In this document: one piece after another, positions 33,802 to 44,619 of the stretch
Layout: each line of letters starts with the position of its first letter
Numbering within the stretch: the stretch's first letter is position 1
Assembly: GCA_963833135.1 (NCBI GenBank)
Contig: CAWHWW010000010.1
Span: 16,822-80,821 of the forward strand
Length of the DNA: 64,000 bases
Direction: 5' to 3'
Origin: an uncultured cyanobacterium
Lineage (GTDB): Bacteria > Acidobacteriota > Vicinamibacteria > Vicinamibacterales > UBA2999
The notes under the pieces: generated by a model
Database searches by the model: none
What the model saw: the letters and a program-made list of their open reading frames with translations, nothing else
What the model was told of the DNA's origin: nothing
Made by a program: the position numbers and the translations under genes

Positions 33802-34982
33802 ATGGCTAGAACACTCGCGATTGCGGCCCTGGTCCTTCTTGGCGGAATTCAGCTTTCCGGCCAAACCACTTCCCGCTCGGCGTATTACGACTACCGGGTG
33901 GTGACCTACGTAGACGCGCTCGTCCAGCCGTGGTCGATCGCGTTTCTTCCCGGCGGCGACACCCTGATCACGGAGCGTCCCGGCCGGCTGCGCATCGTCC
34001 GCAACGGCAAGTTGCTGCCGAACCCGGTTGAGGGCGTGCCGCCCGTCGTGCACAGCAGCCAGGGCGGTCTGCTCGAAGTGGCGCCGCATCCGAATTTCGC
34101 GACCAACCGGCTGCTCTACCTGACCTATTCAAAGACAGATCGGTGAGCCGGCGACACCGAAAGACCCGGTGCCGGCGACGACGGCGCTCATCCGCGGCGC
34201 GGTTCGAGAACGATCGGCTGACCGACGTGCAGCAGCTGTTCCAATCGGTGTCGCAGGGACGCGGGCACTTCGGCGGCAAGATCGCGTTCGACAAGAACGG
34301 CTTTCTGTTCCTCACGCTCGGCGATCGCCAGGTGCCGCCCGAAGGCAACCTCTCGGCGCATCCGGCGCAGGACCTGACCAACCATCACGGCAAGATGATC
34401 CGCCTCCACGACGACGGGCGAGTGCCCGCGGACAACCCGTTCGCAAAGCAGACCGGCGCCAAGCCCGAGATCTGGAGCTACGGTCATCGCAACATTCAGG
34501 GGCTCGCGATTCATCCCGAGACCGGCGAAGTGTGGACCAACGAACATGGCCCCCAGGGCGGCGACGAGCTGAACCTGATCAGGCCGATGGTCAACTACGG
34601 ATGGCCGGTGATCGGCTTCGGCGTGAACTACACGACGGGCCTCGCCATCCATGCCGGCACGCACCGCGAGGGCATGCAGCAGCCCGCGCAGGTGTGGGTG
34701 CCTTCGATCGGCATTTCCGGCCTGATGATCTACACCGGCGACAAGTTTCCGATGTGGCAGGGCAATTTCTTCGTCGGCGGCATGGCGGGCCAGCAGGTGG
34801 TCCGGCTCACGCGCGATCCGAAACGCGGCTTCACCGGCCGCGAGCTGCTCGCGACGGACCTCGGCCGCATTCGCGATATCAAGCAGGGGCTCGACGGTTT
34901 CATCTATCTCGTGACCGACGATCGCGACGGCAAGCCGACGCCGGTGCTGCGACTGGAGCCAGTCGAGCGACAGACGAAGTAG
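33802..34982 (+). CDS. PQQ-dependent sugar dehydrogenase (full-length paralog of 1..856), one frameshift near 34140
   Basis: Signal [97 protein letters not shown]. Confidence 0.85.
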
Positions 34983-35027
34983 GTTCTACGGACGTTCGAC
35001 GCGGGTTCTACGTACGTTCTACGTACG
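34982..35027. repeat. Tandem GTTCTACG-type words
   Basis: Read directly: GGTTCTACGGACGTTCGACGCGGGTTCTACGTACGTTCTACGTACG. It lies between the convergent stops 34982 (+) and 35008 (-), and its right end encodes the last codons (YVERT*) of the MerE-like ORF. Confidence 0.6.
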
Positions 35028-35223
35028 AGCGCGCGGATCGAATCAGGTTGAAGCCGCGCCAGGTGCCGGCCGCCCAGAGAACTGTGACGACCGCCCCTGC
35101 GATGTAAGGGTGGGCGCGCAGCAGCGCACCGGCCGCGGTGCCGCCGAGGAGAAGCGCCAGCACGCTCAAGGTGATCGGCAGGTGACAGGGGCAGAAGACG
35201 AACGCCCCTATCACCCACATCAT
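35008..35223 (-). CDS. MerE-like small membrane protein (CPC motif)
   Basis: ATG-ATG at 35223/35220 is preceded by GGAGA. MMWVIGAFVFCPCHLPITLSVLALLLGGTAAGALL resembles Tn21 MerE as I recall it (LTCPCHLPILAAVLAGTTAGAFL). No other mer genes are nearby. Confidence 0.5.
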   Translation of the reverse strand: MMWVIGAFVFCPCHLPITLSVLALLLGGTAAGALLRAHPYIAGAVVTVLWAAGTWRGFNLIRSARSYVERT

Positions 35224-35341
35224 TCCCCGATTCTCCAGCCTGCCCGCCGTCTGTCCGCCGTAGCCTTGGCGGAGGAGGAAGCCTTGGCGAAGGTGGCTTC
35301 GCCGAGTCGGGATCTCACATGCCTTCATAAAGGAGCTCATC

Positions 35342-35419
35342 TTACGCGCCCTTCGCGCGCATGAAGACGACGCCGGCCACGAGTGCCGCGACGACGCCGA
35401 TGCAGGCAGCGATCATCAT
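35342..35419 (-). CDS. possible 25-aa single-TM micropeptide (below the ORF-table cutoff)
   Basis: Hand translation: GGAGC-N5-ATGATGATCGCT... = MMIAACIGVVAALVAGVVFMRAKGA*. Same strand, about 120 nt upstream of the MerE-like ORF. There is no further support. Confidence 0.2.
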   Translation of the reverse strand: MMIAACIGVVAALVAGVVFMRAKGA

Positions 35420-35444
35420 GATGTGCTCCTAGAAATCACGGCGT

Positions 35445-36210
35445 TCAAGTGTTTCCGCAGCGCTGTATAGCAACGCCGTCGCTATCACCGCGCTTGTCAG
35501 GAATCCCGCCCACGGCAGCGATCCCGTCTTGAAGTACGACTCGCCGCTCATCACGCTGAAGATGTCGAGCTGCGGCACGACGAACGATGCGAACGCGAGC
35601 GCGCACGCGATGCCCGATCGCGATCAGCAGCGGCCGCCAGATGTCGGCGAACAGCGTCGACAGGAACGACGCCAGGCTGAAGAACACCGCGCGCGACGAA
35701 CGAAGAGGCAGATGCCGTGCGCGAGCGCGTCGACGACGCTGAATTGCTGGCCGATCGACGGCGCGAGGATCGGAATGACGAGCGGCGGCACCATCGCGAT
35801 CGCGAAGCAGCTGCGCGAGCCCGGTGCCGGTTCGCGCGCCGAGCAGCTGCCTGCGTGTCACCGGCAGCGACAGCGTGAAAAGCGCCGAGCCCTTCGACGA
35901 TTCTGACAGCAGTCCGCCGCAGCCGAGCAGGATCGCGAAGAACACCCCCATGTTCGTCAGGTTGTCGCGAAACGTCCGGTACCAGATGAAGCCGCGGAAG
36001 TCCTTCTGCATCTCGATCGCTTCGCGGATGCACGCGGCCAGCGCCGGTCGACTCCGCGACCGGTGACGCTCGGTCGTCGACGCTGAGCTGCGGCAGCAGC
36101 TGCTGGGTCGCGAGATAGTCGTAGACGTTGCTGCCGGCCATCATCGTCAGGATCACCAGCGCGCTGATGAAGCGCCACCGCGTTTCAAGCCACGCTTTGT
36201 GCCACAACAT
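35445..36210 (-). CDS. ABC-2-type transporter permease, frameshifted
   Basis: ATG 36210 (MLWHKAWLETRWRFISALVILTMMAGSNVYDY). Later pieces FIWYRTFRDNLTNMGVFFAILLGCGGLLSESSKGSALFTLSLPVTRRQLLGAR (ORF 35445..36011). It follows the ATPase of the GntR-ABC module. Confidence 0.6.
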
Positions 36211-37138
36211 GTCAGTCCCGCCTTTCTGTGCTTTCTGTGTCATCTGCGGCCCTACCGACTCGAGAAAAATGTCCTTCAGGCTGACCGGCGAGACCTCGAA
36301 CGAAGTCGGGCGGTAACCACGCAGTTCCTCGATCACGGCGTCGCCGCCGGAAGAGGAGAGCACCGTGATCACGCGACCCTCGCGACGCAGGCGATGCGTG
36401 CCCGACGCGTGCACCTTGATATCAGGCGCGTTGCCTTCGAACACCAGCTGGATTCGCCGATACTGCGCGCGCAGATCGTCCAGCGCGCCGGCGACCACCG
36501 TCTGGCCGCGGTCGATGATCGCGACGTGATCGGCGATCTGCTCGACTTCGGCGAGCTGATGCGACGAGAAGAACACCGTCGACCCTTCGGCGGCGACATG
36601 GCCGACGAGCGCCTGCAGCATCTCTTCCGCCATCGCCGGATCGAGGCCCGAGGTGGGCTCGTCGAGCATCAGCAGCTCGGCGCCCCGGCAGAGCGCGAGC
36701 AGCATCGCCAGCTTCGTGCGCATGCCGCGCGAGAGGGTCTTGATGCCGCGATTCGGCGACAGGTCGAAGGTGCGCAGATAGCTGCTGCTCGAGGTCGCCG
36801 CGCCATCGCGGGTAGAACGATCGCGTGAAGGCGATGATCTCGCCGACGGTCATGTAGTCGTAGAGGTCCTTTTCGTCGCTCACGAACGCGGTGCGTCTGC
36901 GGACCTCGACGCCGGTGTCGCTGCCGAAAGGCGACTGGCCGAAGACGCGTGCCTCGCCCCGGCTCGGTTTCGACATCCCGAGCAGCACCTTGATGGTCGT
37001 CGTCTTGCCGGCGCCGTTCCTGCCGAGGAAGCCGAAGATCGATCCCACCGGCACTTGCAGATCGAGTCCTCGCAGCGCCTCGACATCGTCGTAGCGCTTC
37101 CACAGTCCCGCCGTTTCGATCACGTGGCGATCGCTCAT
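36211..37138 (-). CDS. ABC transporter ATP-binding protein, frameshifted, stop not resolved
   Basis: MSDRHVIETAGLWKRYDDVEALRGLDLQVPVGSIFGFLGRNGAGKTTTIKVLLGM (Walker A). LLMLDEPTSGLDP (Walker B) in ORF 35551..36723. That frame runs through a CTTTCTGTG repeat into the permease start without a stop. Confidence 0.8.
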
Positions 37139-37564
37139 TTTGATCTACCCTCCGAAGCCTTCACGGCGGACGGGCCTCCAGTTCGGTAAACACCCGAGAG
37201 CTCTGCTTCGACGAGGCGCCGGATTTCCTCGTCCGTGACACCACGCGATCGCAGTTTCTCGATCGCGCCTGCCACCGTCGACTGCGCCGCCCGCAGTTTG
37301 TCGGCGTCCTTCTTCGTTGGCGCCTTGTCGGACACGAACGCGCCGGCGCCCTGGCGCAGCTCGATCGACGCCGTCGTGCTCCAGCTCGCGATACGCCTTT
37401 GCCACGGTGTTGGGATTGACGACGAGCTCCTCGGCGAGCGGCCGGATGCTCGGCAGCTGTTCGCCCGGCTTCAGCGCGCCGGTTTCGATGGCGTGCTTCA
37501 CCTGCTCCATCAGCTGGAGGTAGATGGGCACGCCCGACGAGGGATTGGGTTTGAGCAGTATCAC
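37135..37564 (-). CDS. GntR-family (YtrA-like, short) transcriptional regulator, one frameshift
   Basis: GTG 37564. VPIYLQLMEQVKHAIETGALKPGEQLPSIRPLAEELVVNPNTVAKAYRELEHDGV. C-terminus in ORF 37135..37335. The stop overlaps the ATPase start (ATGA at 37135-37138). Confidence 0.8.
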
Positions 37565-37593
37565 TGTGCTACTGAACTAATACAGTAATACTG
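37556..37593. promoter_or_regulatory. Array of CAGTA/TACTG half-sites at the GntR start (candidate autoregulatory operator)
   Basis: Read directly: CAGTA 37556, CACTG 37562, TACTG 37570, CAGTA 37583, TACTG 37589. TACTG-N8-CAGTA forms an inverted repeat. Confidence 0.3.
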
Positions 37594-37803
37594 TCGCGGA
37601 AGTTCCGGGCGTTTGTCAAGTGCCCGGTCGCTGATGATGCGGTGGACCACCCGTCGATGCGACGGCTTCAACTCGACTACGGCCGAGTATGCCGCCACCA
37701 GATGGTCGTTGCGTGCGCACCGATCGGAGGCTAACATCGGGCCGCCTCACTGCCCATTCCTTGTACGCCGTCGCGTCGTTGATGCCTTTAGGGAGGAGAA
37801 CCT

Positions 37804-40627
37804 ATGCGTCGCCCTCTGCTGAGCCTCGTCGTCGTGTTCGCCGCGATACTGATCCTGCCGCCTGATGTGCACGCGCAAGCCGCCATTGCCGGAGTCGTGA
37901 AAGACGGGACGGGAGCGTCGCTTCCCGGCGTGACCGTGGAAGCGTCCAGTCCCGCGCTCATTGAACGCGCGCGCAGCGTTGTGAGCGACGGCGCCGGACA
38001 GTACCGCATCATCGATCTGAGCCCGGGCATCTATGACGTGACGTTTACGATCACCGGCTTCAAGCCGATCCGGCGCGCCGGCATCGTGCTCGAGGGCAAC
38101 TTCACCGCACCGGTGAACGTTTCACTCGAAGTGGGCAACGTCAACGAAACCGTCACGGTATTGGGCGAGTCGCCGGTCGTCGACGTGACCAGCAACCGCG
38201 CCACCGTCGTCGTGAACCGCGACATGATGGACGCCATTCCCACCTCGACGCGCAGCTTGCAGGCGCGCGCCTACCTGATTCCCGGCACCATGGTGACGCC
38301 GGTCGGTTCCGGCCAGACCAGCATGACCATTTACGGCTCGCAGGCCGCCGATCAGGTCGTGATGGTGGATGGCATGCGACTCAATCTGCTGGAAGGGCAG
38401 GGACAGTTCAGCGGCATTTACCTGAACGACGGCATGGCCCAGGAGATCTCGTACGACACCGGCGCGCAGAGCGCCGAAGTGGGGCAGGGCGGGCTGCGCG
38501 TGAACATGATTCCGCGTGAGGGCGGCAATCAGTTCAAGGGCATCTTCTTCATCCAGGGCGCCAACGGGCCGCTGGCGAGCGATAACCGGTCGGATGAGGT
38601 CAAGGCGTTTATCCCCGAGCCGCTCGGCCTCGCCTACACGTATGAAATCAACCCGTCGTTTGGCGGTCCGATCATGCGCGACAAGGCCTGGTTCTATTTC
38701 ACCTACAAGCTGTCGGACACCAAGAGCTACACCACGCTGCCGGACCGCAGCCAGGGGACCCAGCAGAACTGGCCCAACTACAGCTACGTGGTTCGCCTCA
38801 CGTGGCAGGCGACCCAGCGCGACAAGTTCCGCGTCTACGTCGACAAGCAGATGAACGGCCAGCGCTATGAAGGCCTCGGCGCCACGACCACGATCGAAGC
38901 GTCTCACCAGCTCTGGACGCCGCGCGGCATGACGCCGCAGTTCAAGTGGATGCAGACCACGACCAACCGGTTGATGCTCGAGGCGGGCATTACGATGTAC
39001 GACCTGAACTTCCGGCGCGAGCCGCAGCCCGGGGTCGGTCCGCTCGACCTGCCGCGATTCGAAGTGGCCTCCGGCGTCAACTCCGGCACCTACGCCGGCA
39101 CGATGGACAGCTGGACGAAGAACTACACGTCGGTGGCGTCGGCGAGCTACGTCACGGGATCGCACACGGTCAAGACCGGCATGAGCTACGGGTGGGGGCG
39201 CCGGATCCGCACGTGGCCCAGTCCCAATCCCGCGGACATCCTGCAGCTGCGCTTCACCAATGGAGCGCCGACGCAGGTGCAGGTCCGCAACACGCCGATC
39301 GACGAGTCGATCGAGCGGATGAACGCCGACCTCGGCTTCTACGCGCAGGACGCGTGGACGATGAACCGCCTGACGCTGAACCTCGGCGCGCGCTACGACT
39401 ACTTCAACGCCGAAGTCCCGGCCTTGTCGGCGCCGGCCAGCTTGTGGGTGGCGGCGCGCGATCGGCCGGCGGTCGAGAACGTGCCGAACTGGCACGACTG
39501 GGCGATCCGCCTCGCGGCGGCCTACGATCTGTTCGGCACCGGCAAGACGGCAATCAAAGTGAACGCGAGCAAGTACGTCGCCTCTGCGGCGCTGGGGTTT
39601 GCCGAAACCTTCAACACACTTGACGGCGGCGACCGAAACGCGCACGTGGAACGACGCCGACGGCAATCGCTCGGTGCTCGACGCGGCCGGCAACCTGCAA
39701 CGCAACGAGATCCTCGGCGGCACCGCCAACTTCGGCCAGGCATCGGGCACCGACCGGCCGGATCCGGCGCTGCAGCGCGAGTACAACTGGGAATACGGCG
39801 CGGTGATCCAGCACGAGCTGTTCCCGCGCGTTTCGGTGTCGGGCGGCTATCACCGCCGGACCTACGGCAACCTTGCCGTCACCGACAACCTGAACCTCGG
39901 CGTGGACGAGTGGTCGCCGTTCACGATTACCGCGCCGCTCGACGATCGCCTGCCCGGCGGCGGCGGTTATCCGATCACGATGTACACGCTGAACGCGAAC
40001 AAGGTCGGCTCGGCCACCGACAACCTGCGCACGTTCTCGACGAAGAACGCGCGCACCTACAACGGCGTGGACCTCAACGTGAACGCGCGTATTGGCGCGT
40101 CGGCGTTCCTGCTCGGCGGCGTCACGCACGAGCGCTCGGTGTCCACCACCTGCGATCAGCGCGACAACCCGAACAGCCTGCGATTCTGCGATTCGGCGGG
40201 CCCCTACCGCACGCTGTTCAAGGTGGCGGGCTCGTACGAGCTGCCGTACAAGATTCAGATCAGCGGCAGCTTCATCTCCCGGCCGGGCATCAGCGTCTCC
40301 GCGAACTACACGGTGACCAGCGCCCTGGCCGGCCGGCCCATCATCGGCAGCACGGCGGGCGCGGCGCAGATCAACGTCAACCTGATCGAGCCGGGCACGA
40401 TGTTCACCGATTACCTCAACACGCTCGATCTGCGCCTGGCGAGGACGTTCACGATTGGCAAGACCAGGCTTCAGGGCCTCCTCGATATCTACAACTTGCT
40501 GAACGCCGGCACGGTGACGACGGTCAATACGACGTTCGGCGCGGTTGCGGCGACCCGCGTCTGGAACAACCCGCAGACGATCCAGACGAGCCGCTACGTG
40601 CGCTTCGGGGCGCAGCTGACCTTCTGA
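37804..40627 (+). CDS. TonB-dependent outer-membrane receptor with N-terminal carboxypeptidase-regulatory-like domain, one frameshift near 39630
   Basis: Signal MRRPLLSLVVVFAAILILPPDVHA. IAGVVKDGTGASLPGVTVEASSP...GQYRIIDLSPGIYDVTFTITGFK. Plug VTVLGESPVVDVTS. Terminal beta-strand RYVRFGAQLTF*. Confidence 0.85.
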
Positions 40628-40703
40628 GGGCTTGCGGGCTTGCGGACGACGGGCTTGCGGGTTGCGGACTTTCGTAAGCCCGTAGCCCGTAAGCCCGTAG
40701 CCC
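40628..40703. repeat. Hairpin of GGGCTTGC-type words versus AAGCCCGT/AGCCCGT words
   Basis: Read directly: GGGCTTGCGGGCTTGCGGACGACGGGCTTGCGGGTTGCGGAC-TTTCG-TAAGCCCGTAGCCCGTAAGCCCGTAGCCC. It starts 1 nt after the receptor stop and lies between convergent genes. Confidence 0.75.
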
Positions 40704-40730
40704 ACTTTGGCCACTGGCGGCTAGCGCACG

Positions 40731-42421
40731 AGAACCCTGCCGGGCGTCGCGTGCGTCAGCTTGCCGGCGTCGACGACGGCGGTGCCGTTGATGAAGCACG
40801 TAGTCGACGCCTTCGGAGTGCTGATGCGGCTCGAAGAAGGTCGCCTTGTCGCGGATCGTCGCGAGGTCGAAGATCACGATGTCGGCGGCGAAGCCTTCGC
40901 GGAGCTGGCCGCGATCCTTCAGGTCCATGATTCGCGCCGGCAGCGACGTCGACGATCGAATCGCGTGCTCGAGCGTGATCGCGCCGCGATCGATCGAGTA
41001 GTGGCGAATCTTTCGTGTGAAGCTGCCGTAGAAACGCGCGTGCGTCGTCGGACCGTCCGCGGGCATCGCGATGCCGCCGTCGGTGGACGTTGCGACCCAC
41101 TGCTGCTTGGCGATGTTCTCCATGTCGAACTCCGCCATCGAGAAGCCGCGCATGCGGGCGCCGCCGTTTCGCTCCTGCAGCCCCTCCATCTGGATCTTGA
41201 TCGCGGTCTCGACCGGATCGAGCTTCCACAGCCGCGCGATCTCCGCGAGTGACTTTCCGTAGAGCGACTTGTCCGTGTACTCGTAGACGGTGATGTTCTC
41301 GGCGCCGCCGCGGCGGCGGATCTCGTGCGCGATGTCGGATCGCACGAGCTTCGCCGAAGGCGGATCGCCGAGGACGCGCTTGAGGATGTCGGCGCGATTG
41401 GTCCGCGGCTGGTTCGCGTTCGCGCCCGGCGGACGCGTCGCCCATGCCGGAATCAGGACGGTCGATCCGTCGGTGCCGCTCGTCGGATACGGATACTGAT
41501 CGGCCCACACGTCGACGCCGCGATCGCGCGCGCGTTGGATCAGCGTGACCGCGGCCGCGCTCGATCCCCAGTAGTGCTCGCCCTTCGCCTTCAGATGCGA
41601 CGCGACGACGCGGGCGCCGGTCTTCTCGCCGATCTCGATGGTCTCGCGCACCGCATCGAGCAGCGTGACGGCATTCGGGCCGTCCTGGCTCGGCACATAC
41701 CAGAGCGGATCGCTGCCTTCGCTCCGTTCGTGCGAAATGTAGATGCCGTTGAACGCGGGCAGCTCGCGCGCGAGCTCGACGACTTCATCGGTCGTGCTCC
41801 ATCGGCCCGGCTCGTACTCGAGTCCGGCGGACATCCCCACCGCGCCTTCCTGCAGCGCCTGCTTCACCAGCGCGCGCATGCGCGTGATCTCATCCGCCCT
41901 CGCCGGCCGCCGCACATCGTCGCCCATCACGCTGCGGCGGACCGTGCCATGACCGACGAGCAGCATCGCGTTCGGACCGATGCCGGTCTTCTCGAGCAGC
42001 GCCCGCTGATCGGCGACGCGGCCACGGCGAGCGGCCGTCCTGGTTGACGACGACGGTGGTGATGCCTTGCGAGACGAGGTTCGGCGCCGATCGGCGGATC
42101 GGATCGGGATCGCGGAACCCACCACGCGGCCCCGATCCATCGTCGGCGTGCGAGTGAATATCGATGAAACCGGGGACGACGTACTTGCCCGCCGCGTCGA
42201 TCACGCGCGCGGCCTGCGGCGCCTGTCGAGCTTGCCGATCGCCGCGATGCGCCCGTTCGGATGCCGATGTCGGCCGGGAACCACGGGTTGCCGGTGCCGT
42301 CCATGACGCGGCCGTTCCGAATCAGCAGATCGAACCGTTGAGCCGGCTGCGCGCCAACGATTGCGAGAAATACCGAGACGAAGGAGGCGATCAGGGCGGT
42401 CCGGCTCTTCATGCCCGCCAT
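40731..42421 (-). CDS. N-acyl-D-amino-acid deacylase (D-aminoacylase) family amidohydrolase, frameshifted
   Basis: Signal MKSRTALIASFVSVFLAIVGA. FDLLIRNGRVMDGTGNPWFPADIGI. IDAAGKYVVPGFIDIHSHADD. 538-aa ORF 40524..42140 body. Hand-read C-terminus GVDYV.INGTAVVDAGKLTHATPGRVLVR*, stop at 40731-40733. Confidence 0.8.
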
Positions 42422-42481
42422 TCTAGGCCCTGTGTCGATCTGCCGGCAGTCGGTTCGACGTGTTGATAGAGGAGGGGAGGC

Positions 42482-43744
42482 CTAAGTCGTCGCAACCGTG
42501 GCGAACGACCGGCGCGCAACGTAAACGAGCGATGCGATTGCGATGCAGGCGCCGAAGCCGAGCCACTCGTCAGTCGTCAGGCCGGTCAGCAGCCACGCGA
42601 TCACGCCGCATGCGAGGAGTGGAACAATCGGTGATTGTCCAAGCTTCCATGCGGCGACCGCGCAGCCGAGGTAGAGCGCCAGCGCCGAGACGTTGGCGAT
42701 GACGGCGAGCTGCTCGAAGGTGCTGGTGATGGCGAGCGCGAGCGTGAGGATTGACTGAGTGATGATCGCCAGTTGCGGCGATCGATAGATCGGGTGCACG
42801 CTCGAGAGCGCGCGGGGCAGATAGCCGTCGCGCGCGAGCGCGTAGACGATGCGCGGGATCGACAGCGTCATGCCGCCGAGATGGCCGAACATCGAGATCG
42901 CGGCGCCGGCAAGCAGCAGCGATCGCGCCCACGCGCCGAGTGATGCGCCGGCCGCATCAGCGAGCGGCACCGCTGATTGCGACAGCGCCGGCGCCGAGAA
43001 TGCCCTGCGCCACGACCTGCAGCGCGATGTAGAGGATGGTGACGCCCACCATCGCCAGCACGATGGCTTTCGGCACGGTTCGTTCCGGGATCGCGCACTT
43101 CGCCGCTGGGGATCAGTGCCACCTCGATTCCCGCGAACGCGAAGACGAGAATCAGCGACATGCGCGCGAAGTCGCCGGCCGCCGGCCACTCGGCGACCTG
43201 GAGATTCTCGGCTCGCACGAAAAACATGCCCGCGACCGCGATCAACACGAGCGGCAGCAGCTTCGCCACCGTCATCGCGGTGTTGAGCCGCACGCCGAGC
43301 GTCACGCCGCGCATGTTGACCCACGACCAGAACCCGAACGCGACGACGAGAATCGCGGCGTGCATCGCCCTGCCGGACAACGCCGGCAGCAGCTCGCCGA
43401 TGCTGAACGCCATCACCGACGACACCGCGGCGGTCGCGAACACGCCGATCATCCACAACAGCACGCCGGAGAGGAATCCCGCGTAAGGCCCGAGAGTGGC
43501 GCCCGACGTAGGCGTACGGACCACCGGTCAGCGTCACGCGCCTGCCGGCGGCGGCAATGCAGGTGACGATCAGGGCCATCGCGACGGCGCAGATCACATA
43601 GGCCACCGGCGCCGCCGCGCCGAGCGAGGCGGCGACCAATGCGGGCACCCGGAAGATGCCGCCGCCGATCATGATGTTGATGATCCCGGCCGCGAGGCCA
43701 ACCGTGCCGATGGCGCGCGTCAGCGATTCCCGTTCGGAATTCAT
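42482..43744 (-). CDS. APC-superfamily amino acid permease, frameshifted
   Basis: [42 protein letters not shown]. Hydrophobic pieces in ORFs 42868..43524 and 42482..43834. Start at Met 43744 is preferred because Met 43768 would overlap the divergent kynB start. Confidence 0.8.
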   Translation of the reverse strand: MNSERESLTRAIGTVGLAAGIINIMIGGGIFRVPALVAASLGAAAPVAYVICAVAMALIVTCIAAAGRRVTLTGGPYAYVGRHSRALRGIPLRRAVVDDRRVRDRRGVVGDGVQHRRAAAGVVRQGDARRDSRRRVRVLVVGQHARRDARRAAQHRDDGGEAAAARVDRGRGHVFRASRESPGRRVAGGRRLRAHVADSRLRVRGNRGGTDPQRRSARSRNEPCRKPSCWRWWASPSSTSRCRSWRRAFSAPALSQSAVPLADAAGASLGAWARSLLLAGAAISMFGHLGGMTLSIPRIVYALARDGYLPRALSSVHPIYRSPQLAIITQSILTLALAITSTFEQLAVIANVSALALYLGCAVAAWKLGQSPIVPLLACGVIAWLLTGLTTDEWLGFGACIAIASLVYVARRSFATVATT

Positions 43745-43766
43745 CCGCGCTATTGTGTGCTGAGAC

Positions 43767-44400
43767 ATGTCGCGCCTCTGGGATATTTCGCCGCCGATCT
43801 CGCCGGCCACGCCGGCGTTCCCGGGCGACACCATCTACCAGCAGCGATGGACCGCCGAGATCGGGCCCGGGCTGCCCGGTGAATCGTCAGCGCGATCACG
43901 ATGTCGCCGCACCTCGGCGCGCACGCCGATGCGCCGCTGCATTACGGGCGGGATGCGCGCCGCGATCGGCGCGGTCGATCTCGATCCGTTCCTCGGCCGC
44001 TGCCGCGTCATCCACGCGATCGACAAGGGACCGCTTGATCACGCAGGGCGCATCTCGAACACGCCGTCGGCGAACCTGCCGCCGCGCGTGCTGGTGCGAA
44101 CCTGCGCGAAGGCACCGACCGACGTGGTCGCCGCATTTCTCGGCGTTCGCGCCCGACACGATCGCGTGGCTCGCGTCACTGGGCGTGAAGCTCGTCGGGA
44201 TTGATTCGCAGTCGGTCGATCCCGCCGACAGCAAGACGCTCGACAGCCACCAGCAGCTGCTGACGCACGATCTGCGCGTGCTCGAAAACCTGGTCCTTGA
44301 TGACGTCGACGCCGGCGACTACGAATTGATCGCGCTGCCCCTGAAGCTCACCCAGGCGTGCGCCTCGCCGGTCCGCGCCGTACTGCGCTCGCTGTCATGA
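43767..44400 (+). CDS. kynB: kynurenine formamidase (cyclase-family arylformamidase), frameshifted
   Basis: [28 protein letters not shown]. Hand-read [16 protein letters not shown]-terminus [61 protein letters not shown]. Adjacent to kynU. Confidence 0.75.
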
Positions 44401-44403
44401 ACG

Positions 44404-44605
44404 ATCCACAGATTCCACTGATTACACGGATCGCAAGGACCCGCGACGCCGGGCTTCGGCCGGCGAAATGACGAGATCGAGAGGCGCGATCAAGAGAGCC
44501 CGATTGACGCGGTTCCGCTCTCTTGATTCGCGCCTCTCGACCTCGTCAATGGCCCGAAGGGCCATCGCGGGTCCGTAGTCCGTGTAATCCGTGAAATCTG
44601 TGGAT
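44404..44605. repeat. About 200-nt MITE-like/structured element with 27-nt terminal inverted repeats and a nested 23-nt inverted repeat
   Basis: Read directly. ATCCACAGATTCCACTGATTACACGGA (44404-44430) versus the reverse complement of 44579-44605, ATCCACAGATTTCACGGATTACACGGA (2 mismatches). Inner TCGAGAGGCGCGATCAAGAGAGC (44477-44499) versus GCTCTCTTGATTCGCGCCTCTCGA (44517-44540). Also small hairpins GCCGG..CCGGC and GGCCC-GAA-GGGCC. Confidence 0.6.
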
Positions 44606-44619
44606 GTATTCTTGTCACA

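Noticed and set aside
35008-35223. Mercury-resistance (mer) operon
   Set aside because: Only a MerE-like ORF is present. No MerR, MerT, MerP, MerA or MerB is recognisable within the window, so this is not a mer operon.
37594-37803. Riboswitch (e.g. cobalamin or TPP) in the 240-nt leader of the TonB-dependent receptor
   Set aside because: I could not find a B12 box (GCCACTG-like core) or the TPP CTGAGA/ACCTGA signatures by eye. This is unverified without a covariance-model scan (Rfam/cmscan), which would be the decisive test.
38122-39786. 554-aa ORF on the minus strand
   Set aside because: It is antisense to the intact TonB-dependent receptor frame and has low-complexity R/A/G/V/H composition. 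It is treated as a GC artefact.
43766-43768. Upstream Met ([11 protein letters not shown]...) as start of the APC permease
   Set aside because: It would overlap the divergent kynB ATG (43767) base-for-base and leave no promoter space. The downstream Met at 43744 is preferred. Unresolved without experimental data.
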